Of a DNA stretch of 64,000 nt, positions 26,401 through 37,099 are shown piece after piece. The stretch comes from Macrostomum lignano (Eukaryota). The notes under the pieces were generated by a model. That model saw nothing but the letters and a program-made list of their open reading frames with translations. It was not told the origin of the DNA and did not search any database. The stretch spans positions 62,001 through 126,000 of the forward strand of contig NIVC01001330.1 in assembly GCA_002269645.1 (NCBI GenBank). The letters run 5' to 3'. The first letter of the stretch is position 1. Every line of letters starts with the position of its first letter. Made by a program: the position numbers and the translations under genes.

Positions 26401-29400
26401 GTTGCATTTTTATCGCAAAACTGCTGGTTTCGAATTGGAACTTTAATTTCCAATAAGACTTTAATAATTACGATTTGAATGCGATGAAAATGCATTTTCT
26501 GAACAAAAAATGTTTTCTTCTGTAATTTCTGCGTCGTAAAAAAAGCGGTTAGAGCTACTTACAGTAGGTAGCCGTATAGGCTACTGGCACGCCATACAAG
26601 TACATACAGTACTAAAATATTCAAGCAGCTTTTTAGTGCAAAAAACACAATACAGATCGGGGTTTCGGCGAGCTCCGGCCCAACAACCCCCTCTATTCGA
26701 TACTCTCGGGTCCTTTGAAACTTCACAATAGCAATCCGGCCCCGCTCAAGGTCTTCACGGTTCTCTTCTCTCTCCTCTCCCCCCTCTTGTCTCTTCTCTC
26801 CTTCTCTCAGCTCTCCTCCTCTCTCCTCTTCTCTCCTCTCTTCCCCTTCTCTCAGCTCCCCTCCTCTCTCCTCTTCCCCTCTCTTCTTCTCCTTCTTTCC
26901 TCTCTCCTGTGATCTCCTCTCATCTCTCTCCTCCCCCTTCTCCACTCTTCTCTCCTCTCCCCTCTTCTCCCCCCTTCTGTCCTTTCTCCTCTCATCTCCC
27001 CCTTCTCCACTCTTCTCCCCTCTCCCCCTCCTCTCCTGTCTTCCCCTATTCCTTCATCTCTCCTCTCTCTCCCTCCCTCTTATCCTCTCATCTCTCCTTC
27101 CATCTCTCATCCCATCTATTTTCTCATCTCCTCTTTCTCTCCTCTATTCCCCATGATTTATTCTAGCTGTCATCTGGCCCGCAGTCATGAGCAGGATTCT
27201 CTATCAGGCAATTCAGGTAAAATAAGTTTGCCGACCCCTGAAATACAGACTGTCATTGACCAGCCGTCACCATTAGGATCAATGGAAGTTAGCGCGCAAA
27301 CTATTTTTTATTGTATGGTTAAAGCGATCGATTAAAATGCATTGAATTGAGCTGAAGGAAATCAAACTGTGCCGGCTGCAAAGAGCGGCGGGAGCAAATT
27401 GCAGAAGGAGGGCGGGGCGTCACCTCTGCTTGTCGCTGCTCGTTCTCAGCAGCCAGCTCAGTGGCTTCATCAGTCTGTCGTTCCAGACTCTCCAATTGGC
27501 TGTCCTCGGCGGTCTGGCGGCTGTCCAGCACCTTCAGGGCGCTGCAGGATCGCCGCGTTTAGTTGGATTCCAAAAGCGAGTAGAGTTTTAGATTTTCATC
27601 TATGTGATTGAGTACTGAGCACTCAAAACGGCAAAAATACAAGCAAAGGAAAGTAAAGTAAATATGAATTATAAAAATTGAAAAAAAGAAAATCACGTGA
27701 AGCTTTTAAACGTAGAAACGCAATAATAAACAAAGTCATTTGTTTTATTTAATAATAGGAAAACTTTGAGTCTTCTTACCGCTCACTCTCGTCCGCAGCC
27801 TTGCTGGCCTCCTCAAGTTTCTGGGTGGCCTCGGTGAGTCGGGTCTCAGTCTGCTCGAGATCCTCCTCGATCAACCGGATGCGGCGAGTCAGAGCCTGCA
27901 CCTCGGCCTCGGCCTGTGAATGGTGAAAATTTCATAAAACTTTTATCTATTATAGACTGAAATTCACTTATCTAATTTTGACTTCGTTTTAATAAAATTT
28001 TAAAAATATTAATAATAATAGTAATAATAATAATGATATTAGTAATAATGTTTCGCGTTAAAATAGTAGTATAACAAGAGTGTTACAGACAAGCTAACAA
28101 ACAAATAAACAAATCTTAAAAATTAAGTATAGTTGGTCATTTTATTGCTTTATAAATAAATATAGTTGCGTTTATAATGTTCAATAATGATTTATAATAA
28201 ACCTATTGAAACAATGCTGTGATTTGCAAAAAATTAAATTTATTTTTTATTGATTTTGATTGATTTTTTATTGACAGATTTAGAAAAGAATTGCAAAATG
28301 CATTTATCATACAAATTATTCTAATTTTTTAATCTCTACTGATCGAAGCAGTATAGCCACTTTTAAAAGAAAAATGGAATATGGGCCTAGTATAAAATGC
28401 TGATATCATATATACATATAGAAAATATCAATGAATTTCAATGGAATTTAACAAATTAAATTGATTTATACATTTTCCTTCGAACTTCCATTCTTTATTC
28501 AGGCTTCAGAATTCTAGTAAGAAATTAATTTTTTTGAAATGTTATCAAACAGTTTAGTAAATAAAAAATGAAAAATTTTTTGTAATTAATAAAAAAACTG
28601 AAGAAAAAATTTAATTAATTATAAAAAATTAAAGAAATTGAATTATTCAACAGGTAGCCACCTACTTCTGCTTTTTTGTTCTCCTCTTCTGCGAGCTCAT
28701 TGTCTTTATTTTCCAGCTCTTCTGTAACCGCGTCTAATTCCTTACGCAGCGTCTGCATTTTCTGCTTTAGTATCGTCAAAACACTTTGAGATTGTCCGGA
28801 ATTGGCCATACTGGTCTAGTCAGAAATACTGATACAAAATGTTGTGTAGCGTAGTAAAGAAGTCAAACTACGGAAGTGAAGAATAAAAATAAGCGAAAAT
28901 TAATAGTCACGTGGCAAGTTAAATCTGCGCGAGTGTTATCAATTTAACAAATCCTTGACAACGAGCTTTCAAAATTGTGAAGATACTTAGATAATTATTA
29001 CTTAAGCTCTGTGCACTAATTAATTGCGATAAAAAATTCTAGGAAAAATTGCTTTAACGAAATTGTGTAGCAAGCAAAACACTCACATCATTAGCCCTCT
29101 TTTCAGTGGCCTCCAGGTTTGTGTTAGCACCTGCCAGAGACTCCTGTGCCGTATCAAGTTCCTGCTGCAGCTGTGAAAACTTTTTCTGCAGTTCACCCAT
29201 TTCTTCTTCCTTCTTTGTCATCTCATCTTCCTTTTCTTTAAGCTTCGTTTCTACCTGATCAGCTCTGGAATGTAAAAATGTGGACTTTGCATTAGAAATT
29301 AAATTAGATAATTATTGAACACTAAACGTTACGTGTAATTTTGACTTTCCATTTACAATTTTTTATTTTATCTGAATAATATAATATTAAGGGCTTAAAT

Positions 29401-29562
29401 TACGAGATTAAGACCAAGAACAAGATCAAGAACTTAATTGATAGGTCGTACATATATATACGTGACTAATTGCTTCATTGCATTCCAAAAGCATTATTAC
29501 CTGTCCATTGCATTCTCCTTATCCAGCTTCATAGCCAGCATTTTCTTCTTGATGGCGTCCAT
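17472..29562 (-). CDS. TPM: Tropomyosin, canonical muscle-type isoform (exon set B), 284 aa
   Basis: Exons 29501-29562, 29087-29264, 27780-27913, 25963-26151, 22052-22190, 20563-20632, 17472-17554. All GT-AG and phase-consistent. [18 protein letters not shown]...[16 protein letters not shown]...[12 protein letters not shown]. Confidence 0.95.
17590..18450. repeat. G-rich 15-bp-based degenerate repeat GCAGTGGGATTTGAA
   Basis: Lies between tropomyosin exons 9a and 9b. Confidence 0.85.
18814..29562 (-). CDS. TPM: Tropomyosin, divergent isoform (exon set A), 284 aa
   Basis: Shares exons 1-3, then uses 27424-27541 ([10 protein letters not shown]..), 24747-24893 ([16 protein letters not shown]), 21750-21812 (ASSKETHLE..), 19716-19785 (AEQRALTAE..) and 18814-18896 (VELLQKK..IESI*). 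Exon lengths 118/147/63/70/83 restore exactly 284 aa; all splice sites are GT-AG. Confidence 0.85.
18985..19640. repeat. 21-bp minisatellite GGGACAGGGGCGCCAACCTAA
   Basis: About 30 copies. Confidence 0.95.
19888..20390. repeat. 20-bp minisatellite GGTAGCTGGAATTGTCAGGT
   Basis: About 24 nearly identical copies. Confidence 0.95.
20925..21560. repeat. 30-bp minisatellite AATTGGGATCAGGGGAATTTACAGGGGAGC
   Basis: About 17 copies plus a degenerate tail. Confidence 0.9.
22215..24325. repeat. 30-bp minisatellite GATTGGGATCAGAGTGGGTTTGGGGATCTG
   Basis: About 70 copies. Confidence 0.95.
25218..25735. repeat. 16-bp minisatellite GCACCAAGGGGCGCCA
   Basis: About 32 nearly perfect copies. Confidence 0.95.
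26760..27150. repeat. CT-rich low-complexity tract
   Basis: Almost pure pyrimidine on the + strand. Confidence 0.85.
28666..28809 (-). CDS. TPM: Alternative first exon (1b) of tropomyosin, giving short 252-aa isoforms
   Basis: ATG at 28809, 48 codons [26 protein letters not shown]...KKAE, then a phase-0 GTAGGT donor. Lies between exon 2 and exon 3, the usual position of the internal-promoter exon 1b. Confidence 0.85.
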
Positions 29563-29702
29563 GTTTTGGTACCAGAGGATTATTCAGAAAACAATTCCAA
29601 AAAACTAGATGAGCGAAATCACAACTGAGAAAGAGCAGTAAAGCCCGGTTTCGAAAATCGGTGGAAAAAATTCGGTCAAACCCTTTCGTCTCGTAGTCGG
29701 CC

Positions 29703-29710
29703 TTTTATAG
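29703..29710 (-). promoter_or_regulatory. TATA box of tropomyosin long isoform
   Basis: Minus strand CCTATAAAAGG about 140 nt upstream of the ATG at 29562. Confidence 0.5.
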
Positions 29711-32020
29711 GCGAGATCAGCACGCGCCGGCTTTTAAACCCGAGGTGCGTTGCGTTCCAAGGTTTATCGAGGTAGACACGGGCTGGAACCATTGGGTAGC
29801 TGATCCTAACCTATGGGGACAGGCAAGGCAGTGAGTGCCATGGACGCATTTGCCTTCACAAAATATGAAAGGGAACGAAGGGAAGTGAAGGCGGCATTTC
29901 TGCACAGCAGCTTTATCGATTGTACCAGCATCCCTAGCTGCCAGCTGCATCAGGATCAGCGCGCGAGGAGCAAAGGAAGATCCGTGCCAGATTTAGGCGG
30001 AGGCTGCAGTAGTGGAATGTATAGAAACTACGGGCTTCTTCCCCACAAATCTTTCGACTTCTCTGACGCCCTTGCACGCTGTTTTTTGACGCACAGTCCG
30101 AAACGAAAGCTGTTTCTTAGTGCCGGCCAGCAGTTTTTGACTGGGCCATTTTTTCGTCTCTCTAGCTGCCATAATGGCCTTCAAAAAGTATAAAAGTTTT
30201 TCCAGGATGTGAACTGATGGGGATAGGCGTTTCGGCTCGTTAGGCTTCGAGGGGCCGCTTCGGGGAAGAAAAATGAGAGAGGAGCGAATTTTTGGTCTGG
30301 AAAGATGATGATGCAGTGCCAGTGTGTGGGAGGTTCTATCGATTTTTCTTACGGAACCATTCAGCCCGGGAAAGCTTAACGAAGCGCTGCTGACGTGTCT
30401 TTTGTGGAAAGAAACGAACGCCGCGCAGTAAGCAATTTGGAATCGGGACTGCCTGCAACAGCAGCAAGTCCATGCAGGGGGATGGTGCAGCTTTCGTGTT
30501 GTGCGAGATTTACCGAGGCATAAACATTTCTGGAGCTGGAAGGAACCATCCCATCCCCCATACAATGCAGAAATCAGTTCCATCAGTCATTACGGGCAAA
30601 ACCAGAGTTTATTTTAGGCATCCATTTTTTTCGAGTGACGGCCGCGCTTTTCTAATCACCATATTGCTAAATTAATAAATCAGAATAAACTAGCTGACGA
30701 TAGCGATAAAGCAAGCAAGATTTTCATTTTTAGTATATAGGATTTTACTGCTTTTATTTTGAGTAACTTTTTGGGTATTTGTTCCACTAGCGCAAGAAAA
30801 CACAAAATTATCCCTAAAATTTGAACTGTATGCTTTGTTTATGATCTGATTTATAGCTCTCATTGATGTAGAAATTGTACTTCAGGCCCTAGACGTCGTA
30901 GTACAATGTCAACATTGAGTTTTTTTAAGTACAAGCATTTTAATTTCGTTCAAAAGCGTCACAGGGACCACTTAGAGTTAATAAAATCTCAATTTCACAG
31001 TCAGATCGTGAATAAAATCATCCAAGTGTACCTGGATTTGCAGGTGTTGACTTTTGCATTGAAGTCTCCCACCGATTCAGGACTGAGTGGACAGACCAGA
31101 AGTTGCCATTTGTCGTCAATCAGATCTTTAGGGCTGTGTGAAAGGATCAGGCAAGAAGTAAAACTACCTTGCAAAATAATCAATTTTTGCCTGTCGGACT
31201 TTTCTCCGTGATCTCCGTGACTGAGACCAGTACAACAGCAGTGGGAACCCCCGTGTGGGTCAACAAAACGCCACTCTCCTTCTGCGTAATAAGCAAACCA
31301 GCAGGAAATCTACTGAGTGACCTCGAGGCCGAACTTGAACTGGACTCTTTTTTAGCCGATGATGCACTTGGCACTCCAGCGACACTGAAGCAGGTCAGGT
31401 TCTTATGAGAAGAAAGTTTTGGCTCTTGTTCGTACGCGATATCGAGTCAAAAAATATATAAACACGTCAGAGTGTCCAGCTATTTATAAGAATCGAAAAT
31501 GAGATAATCGAATGCTACATTTGTACTTTTTTTGTAACAGACATTCACTATCAGCTTTCTATTTGAATTTGTAAGTACGCTCGTAGCATTCAAATACTAC
31601 TGTTTTGACTATGAGTAGTTAGCTAGGTAGTAGTTAGGAAGACAGTATTTGACTAGTTTGTAACTGAGAATCGAGTTTTTACTTCGAGCGTCCTTCGATC
31701 GCAATGATGGTTCCTGTAATTCATCCTGGACTTCCACAGCCTTTAGAAGTTGAGAAACGAAACTCCTGCTGGCTTCGGGCTGCAACTCAAAGTTAAAGAA
31801 GAGCAGCAATGGCTGAATGTTCGACTCTGAGACTAAGTAGAGCTTTGAGACGAGCAGCGCTGAAGCAATTTAAGCTGTTTCTTTTGCAATATTCTCAATT
31901 TCAAACTCCTTTGAGGTGAAGAGAGAGCCTTCACAACGACACACATTCGCAGTGTTTTGAGTGGCGTCGCAGCCCCTGATGAAGGGTAGCCCAAAAAACA
32001 CTAAACACTAGTTGCTAGGG

Positions 32021-32377
32021 GGGCCGTAGCCCAGCGGTAGCGCAGCTGCTCTGGTGTGCCGCAACCCAGGCTCGATTCCAAGTGCAGCCACATTAATTTG
32101 GGGCTGAATTGGAATTTCGGCTTGGCTCGCCTGTGCAATTAACGGCCTTGAGAGCCAACCCCCAAGGCGCAGTGAAGTGTACATGCCTAACAATTGATAA
32201 AGTTAGGGCCGCTGTACACTCCTGTGTGGGTGTGTGCCTGCGTACGTATCCGCGCGCTTGTATGCCTGCTCAGGGGAGTCGGCGGAATGGGCAGTAATGC
32301 CTCTCGCCGGTTGTGTGCCAATGTCGCTTAAATTGCGCCAGGGTGCACACAACCCCCCTGCCTCTCTAATAAAAAAG
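32021..32377 (+). mobile_element. tRNA-derived SINE with 13-bp target-site duplication
   Basis: A-box TAGCCCAGCGG (32027-32037), B-box GGCTCGATTCC (32069-32079), 3' tail CTAATAAAAAAG. Flanked by identical CTAGTTGCTAGGG at 32008-32020 and 32378-32390. Confidence 0.85.
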
Positions 32378-33321
32378 CTAGTTGCTAGGGAGATCCGCTC
32401 TGCCCGCGCAGGGAAGGTGGAGTGGGGATTCCAACGCATTGTTTGAGTTAGAAGCGGCTCTTAAGAAGCGCTAGAAGAGCAGAAGTGCTCTCAGTCCCTT
32501 CCCATCAGCGGACAGCGGTACATTCTTCTGCTCATCTCCGGAGGTCCGGACCTTCTCCATCTTGTCCCGTGGCCGGGCGGGGTCCGCGACCGCCATCGAT
32601 CGATTACCATCCGATCCTCTCCTCCGGGTCTGGCTGGCTGGCTGAAATGATGGAGTGGCTTCAGGCCATGTCTCATTACTCATGCTATCGTCAGTTTTGG
32701 TTTACTCTAATTGCCTGTTATTTGCCTCATCGGGTTACTCTGAAGCTCTAATTATCTTTCGGATTTCTGACCAATATGCTGCAGTGGAAGCCGCTGGAAG
32801 AGACTAACCCATGGAGTTACTGACGTGCAAGACAAAGTTTTTACTATTGTACGACTTCAGGCCTCTATGCGTGGTATGCATGCATGTGCAACGACTTTTG
32901 CTCAAAGTTCATGGCTTGCTCTTGCGCTTATTTAAATTACAGAACTCCTGGTCAATACGTTTTTCGATTTCTCGAAATCGAATTCACGGAATTCACGCGG
33001 AATTCACGGAACCAGGGATGGAACCTGAAGTTCAGCCGCGCACCAGACCGAGTGGAGCCTGACAACTGGCCGGATGAGTTGACCAGATACACCGAAATAT
33101 TCCAGTCAGGGGTCCATGGAGGGATGAAGGGGTAAAGGGGAGATCAAGGAAGGATTGAGCTGCTCTCACCGGGGCTTCGCTTCAACTTGTCTCGTAGCCA
33201 AAGTACTTCCGTCTCTTCTGAACCACCGTCGTAGCTGTGCGCTCGATGAGTCTCAGCACCGCGTCGCCTCCGAAACTGCTCATAGTGCATCGGTAACTGA
33301 CTGTTCCATCTCTAGTTACGC

Positions 33322-33765
33322 CAAGTCAACCTCACAAGTCAGAGCAGTTGAGTCAAGTCAACCTCACAAGTCAGAGCAGTTGAGTCAAGTCATCCTCACA
33401 AGTCAGAGCAGTTGAGTCAAGTCAACCTCACAAGTCAGAGCAGTTGAGTCAAGTCATCCTCACAAGTCAGAGCAGTTGAGTCAAGTCAACCTCACAAGTC
33501 AGAGCAGTTGATTCAAGTCAACCTCACAAGTCAGAGCAGTTGAGTCAAGTCAACCTCACAAGTCAGAGCAGTTGAGTCAAGTCAACCTCACAAGTCAGAG
33601 CAGTTGAGTCAAGTCATCCTCACAAGTCAGAGCAGTTGAGTCAAGTCATCCTCACAAGTCAGAGCAGTTGAGTCAAATTAACCTCACAAGTTAGAGTAGT
33701 TGAGTCAAATCAACCCCCCAAGTCAGAGCAGTTGAGTCAAGTCAACCTCACAAGTCAGAGCAGTC
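33322..33765. repeat. 32-bp minisatellite AAGTCAACCTCACAAGTCAGAGCAGTTGAGTC
   Basis: About 13 copies. Confidence 0.95.
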
Positions 33766-34719
33766 AAATCAATTTCAGACAAAATGCGCCTGTCGAGTCA
33801 AATTCTGACAGCGCGCTTTTGCCAAAACGTGTTAAAAGTGCACCACTGCCCTCGAGCTTGTCTCGATCGCCAAACAGTCGCTGAGTTCAATACATGTCCC
33901 CCAGCACCAACCCTGGCGCTAACCGGAGCTTAACCAGGCTTTGGTCAGGCAGCTTAAATCCAATTAAATTGCCGTCAGTCTGCAGGCACTGGGGCTGCAT
34001 TCCACCCAGCATCTATCCCTGCTTGTGTTTTTTTACTGAAATTAAACACTAGCGGGTCTCCTGTAGGCTCATCCTGAGAGATCAATTCTGCCACCCCCCC
34101 ACCCCCCGTTTTCATAACTTATGAGCTGTAGAACAGGGTAGGTCATGCATGTACTCGTATTACATATTTTTAATTAAATATTTGACTGAAGTTATAAAAA
34201 TGGCCAATTGTCCAAGCTAACTTTTGGGACTGTAAAGACAATAAAAAAAATTTTTTAGTGACTTGCAAGCAGAAGCGGGGAGCGAGAAATGGAACTGCGA
34301 TAACTAGTATCTATGCGCAGTTCGTGGGCTTTAATACCGGTGATGTAACTGCCGTTCCATAGACCCTCCCTCCATACTGTCCCTCTGTGACCGTCACACA
34401 CCCCCAGAGCCGAGCTAAGTATTAAAATGCAATGTCACTGCCGATGTAACTGTCATCGTCTAGGAAACAAAGACTGACTCCGATCAGCCTATTGCTTCTC
34501 TGGTATGGCAGGGTGCTCGGGCGCAGAGCAGGCAAGCAGTGAGTTGCCGTATAGAGCTGTTTCTTCCGCGCCTCTGTCGCCATGACAACCAAATGAGACG
34601 CATTGTCTACACAGCCAATCAAGGGAGCCGCTGCGGATGAGGGCAAGATTATTAAGCCTATTGTTCTTCCTCGGGATGCCAAAACCCAGGCAAGCGCCAC
34701 CGCTTCATTCCCAGCAAGA

Positions 34720-35459
34720 ATGGCTGCCGCTCATCTCCTGGCCTTCCTGATTCTGCTGACCGGCTCGGTGCCGCAGCCAGTGGTGCGGGCTGGACTGGCC
34801 GGGCAGTTCCACAGCGTGAACGGCAGCCTCTGCATCGGCAGCGAGTTCACTGAGACCCACAGCACCGACTCCGAGCGAATGTGCGCCTTGCTGTGCAGTG
34901 ACAGTCAGCGCTGCCAGGCCTTCACCACCGCCGACGGTCCGTGCCAGCTGTTCGTGTTCGACAGGTGCAGCAAGTCGGTGCGGGACTGCAGCTGTTCCCG
35001 GAGAGGCCGCCTGTTCGTGAAGCGGCAGCCGGGACTCGAGCCGGGTGCGATGTGCCCGTCTGGCTACGGAGACGAGCTGAGCGGAGTGACGTACCGCCCC
35101 ATCGGCACCACCGCATCCTGGTCGGCCAGCAGACCGCTCTGCGAGTCGGAGCCGGGCCTGGTGATCATGGCTGACGTGATGGACTCAACCGAGATGGAGC
35201 ACGTTGAGAAGCTGCACGCCAAAACCTTCTCAGGTGGCTGGATGTGGCTGGGAGGCCACCAGCTGCCGGCTGGGTCTGGACGAGCTGCGGTGGCAGCCCC
35301 AGCGCCAGCTTTTGGGCTGGCGGAGAGCCAAACAAATATAAAGGCGCAGCTGAGAACGTCACAGTGTGGCACAGACGGAAGACCGGCATCGCGGACTTCG
35401 AAGACGAAGCGGGCCTGGCAGTTGGTGCGCTGTGCGAGTGCGTGTCACCTTTTGAGTGA
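34720..35459 (+). CDS. Secreted PAN/apple + C-type lectin protein, copy 1 (EPN motif), intronless, 1-nt frameshift near 35270
   Basis: Signal peptide MAAAHLLAFLILL; PAN-like C..LC....C.AF.....C.L; CTL features (SWSASRPLCE, WLGG). The second frame continues WVWTSC..FWAGGEPN..ALCECVSPFE*. Length 740 nt is one base short of an intact ORF. Confidence 0.8.
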
Positions 35460-37099
35460 TCGAATGACTTCAATGTCAATTAAATAGCACTTCTAAGACA
35501 TTAGTGCCTCATGCAGGTACAGAGACAGTTGGCATGGACAAATGACGGTGGTTTGTGGACACAATGATATGACTGCAGACTGCAGTGTGGCTCTTGTTTT
35601 TAACGGATTCGCAAAATGCTTTACCCCTCCCTAAAGTTTTGACACAGTATGTTTTCCTGCCGTTTTCCGATTTCTAATGTTCTATCAAAATCGGCCTTGA
35701 CTTCTACGAGTTTATCAAAGTTTTCAATATGCATAAATTATATTTCAAATTTTCTGTCTCAGCCCCGCACCGCTTGCAGCGTCACCCTGCACTCATATTT
35801 AACTTTTCCACGTGTAACTTATCATTTTGTGCAGGAATTCCAGTTGTTCAGCCAATGTAAACCAATTGATAACTTTGCCTAAGCATACAATTAATATGAT
35901 TAGATGTGTGCCTTTGCTTAATTCATAATACAGAGTAGACCCGAACTACAAAAAACTGTTTAAACTCCAAACTGCTCTATCGATTCTGATTCCGATTATG
36001 AGAATAAATATATACACACATCGCTAAACAACTTCAATTCAAGAAATTGTTGAGTTGTGTTAAAGAATTCATTTTTATACCTGTGATACACTAACTGTTA
36101 TACGTGGTTATGATACAGTATAAGATACATTATGATAAATGGTATCATATCAGTTATATCATACATAGCTTGATTAAAGGTGGAAGTGTGCACGACAGTC
36201 CCATATACTAAGAGTCCTACTTCAAGTATATAGGTCCGTATTTTCGCAACGCGAATCACATTTTTGCTTCAGCCAAATTTGGGTGTGGTTAGTAAACTGG
36301 TCCTGGCATGTCACAATGTGCCCTCAGATCACTAAGGCGTTCACTTTATGTTTGGAGTAGCTGGAATTCAAGGCCAGGGTTTATGAATCAATTTTCGATG
36401 AACCATGTTCCCGCACAGTATAGTCACAATACAACGCAGAGATCACCAACCCTGCTCTCGTAAAATCTTTGATTGGTTATCACGCCCATTAGAGCCCATT
36501 GTCCATCGTTTTCGCCATCGTGTCTCGACCGATCCGCGGTGTCTCCTCGTAGTCCGGGCGGTCCTCGCTGGTCGGCCGGTAGCCTCGCACCGCTGCGTCG
36601 CTAGCAGAGCGCCAATGCGTTTCCACAGCAGCGAGGACCCTAGGCAACGAACCGGAAGCTGCTCTGTCGCGTCGAGACAGATGGTCCAGCTGCTCAATGG
36701 AAGCTCGGAGGGTGGCCTCTGAATTGTGTGTTGAATTCGTATGCTGACTTGTAAACTACTTCACTGAGCATTACATACACGGAGGAAAAAGTAACATGGC
36801 ACTCGTCATAGTCCGACCTACTTTTGGTATTGTCTCTCAGTAGCTTTCAATTTTATTATGGCTATGGCGCTTTGCTTGCACATGATCGACGTGATCACTG
36901 ACACAAAGACATCTGTAGAGGGTTGCTAAATACGTTCGCAGAAAATTGAACTTCCTTTTAAGCAAATAGAACAAGATTTTATGCACTTCTTTCAGTAGAT
37001 ATTAAAGTCTTTCATGTCAATTTTCAGCCCCTTTCACTAAAATGCGACGACGCAGTGGTCGAAAAAGTGATACAACACCAGACCCTGTCCTGCGATTGA

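Noticed and set aside
26736-26760. 13-nt identity (CCCGCTCAAGGTC) to tropomyosin exon 5b suggesting another exon copy
   Set aside because: Surrounding translation is not tropomyosin-like, there is no acceptor, and the true 5a exon was found at 24747-24893.
27150-27245. Alternative terminal exon after 4a ([18 protein letters not shown])
   Set aside because: Unnecessary once 5a6a was found; no homology support, though not excluded without cDNA.
29701-29711. CArG (SRF) box in the tropomyosin promoter
   Set aside because: CCTATAAAAGG has 7 A/T, not the CC(A/T)6GG consensus; treated as a TATA box only.
29700-31900. Several 60-196 aa ORFs upstream of tropomyosin
   Set aside because: No recognisable motifs, interrupted by stops; possibly decayed TE but unassignable by eye.
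32018-32090. Functional tRNA gene
   Set aside because: T-stem and anticodon stem do not pair; the body, A-tail and TSD indicate a SINE.
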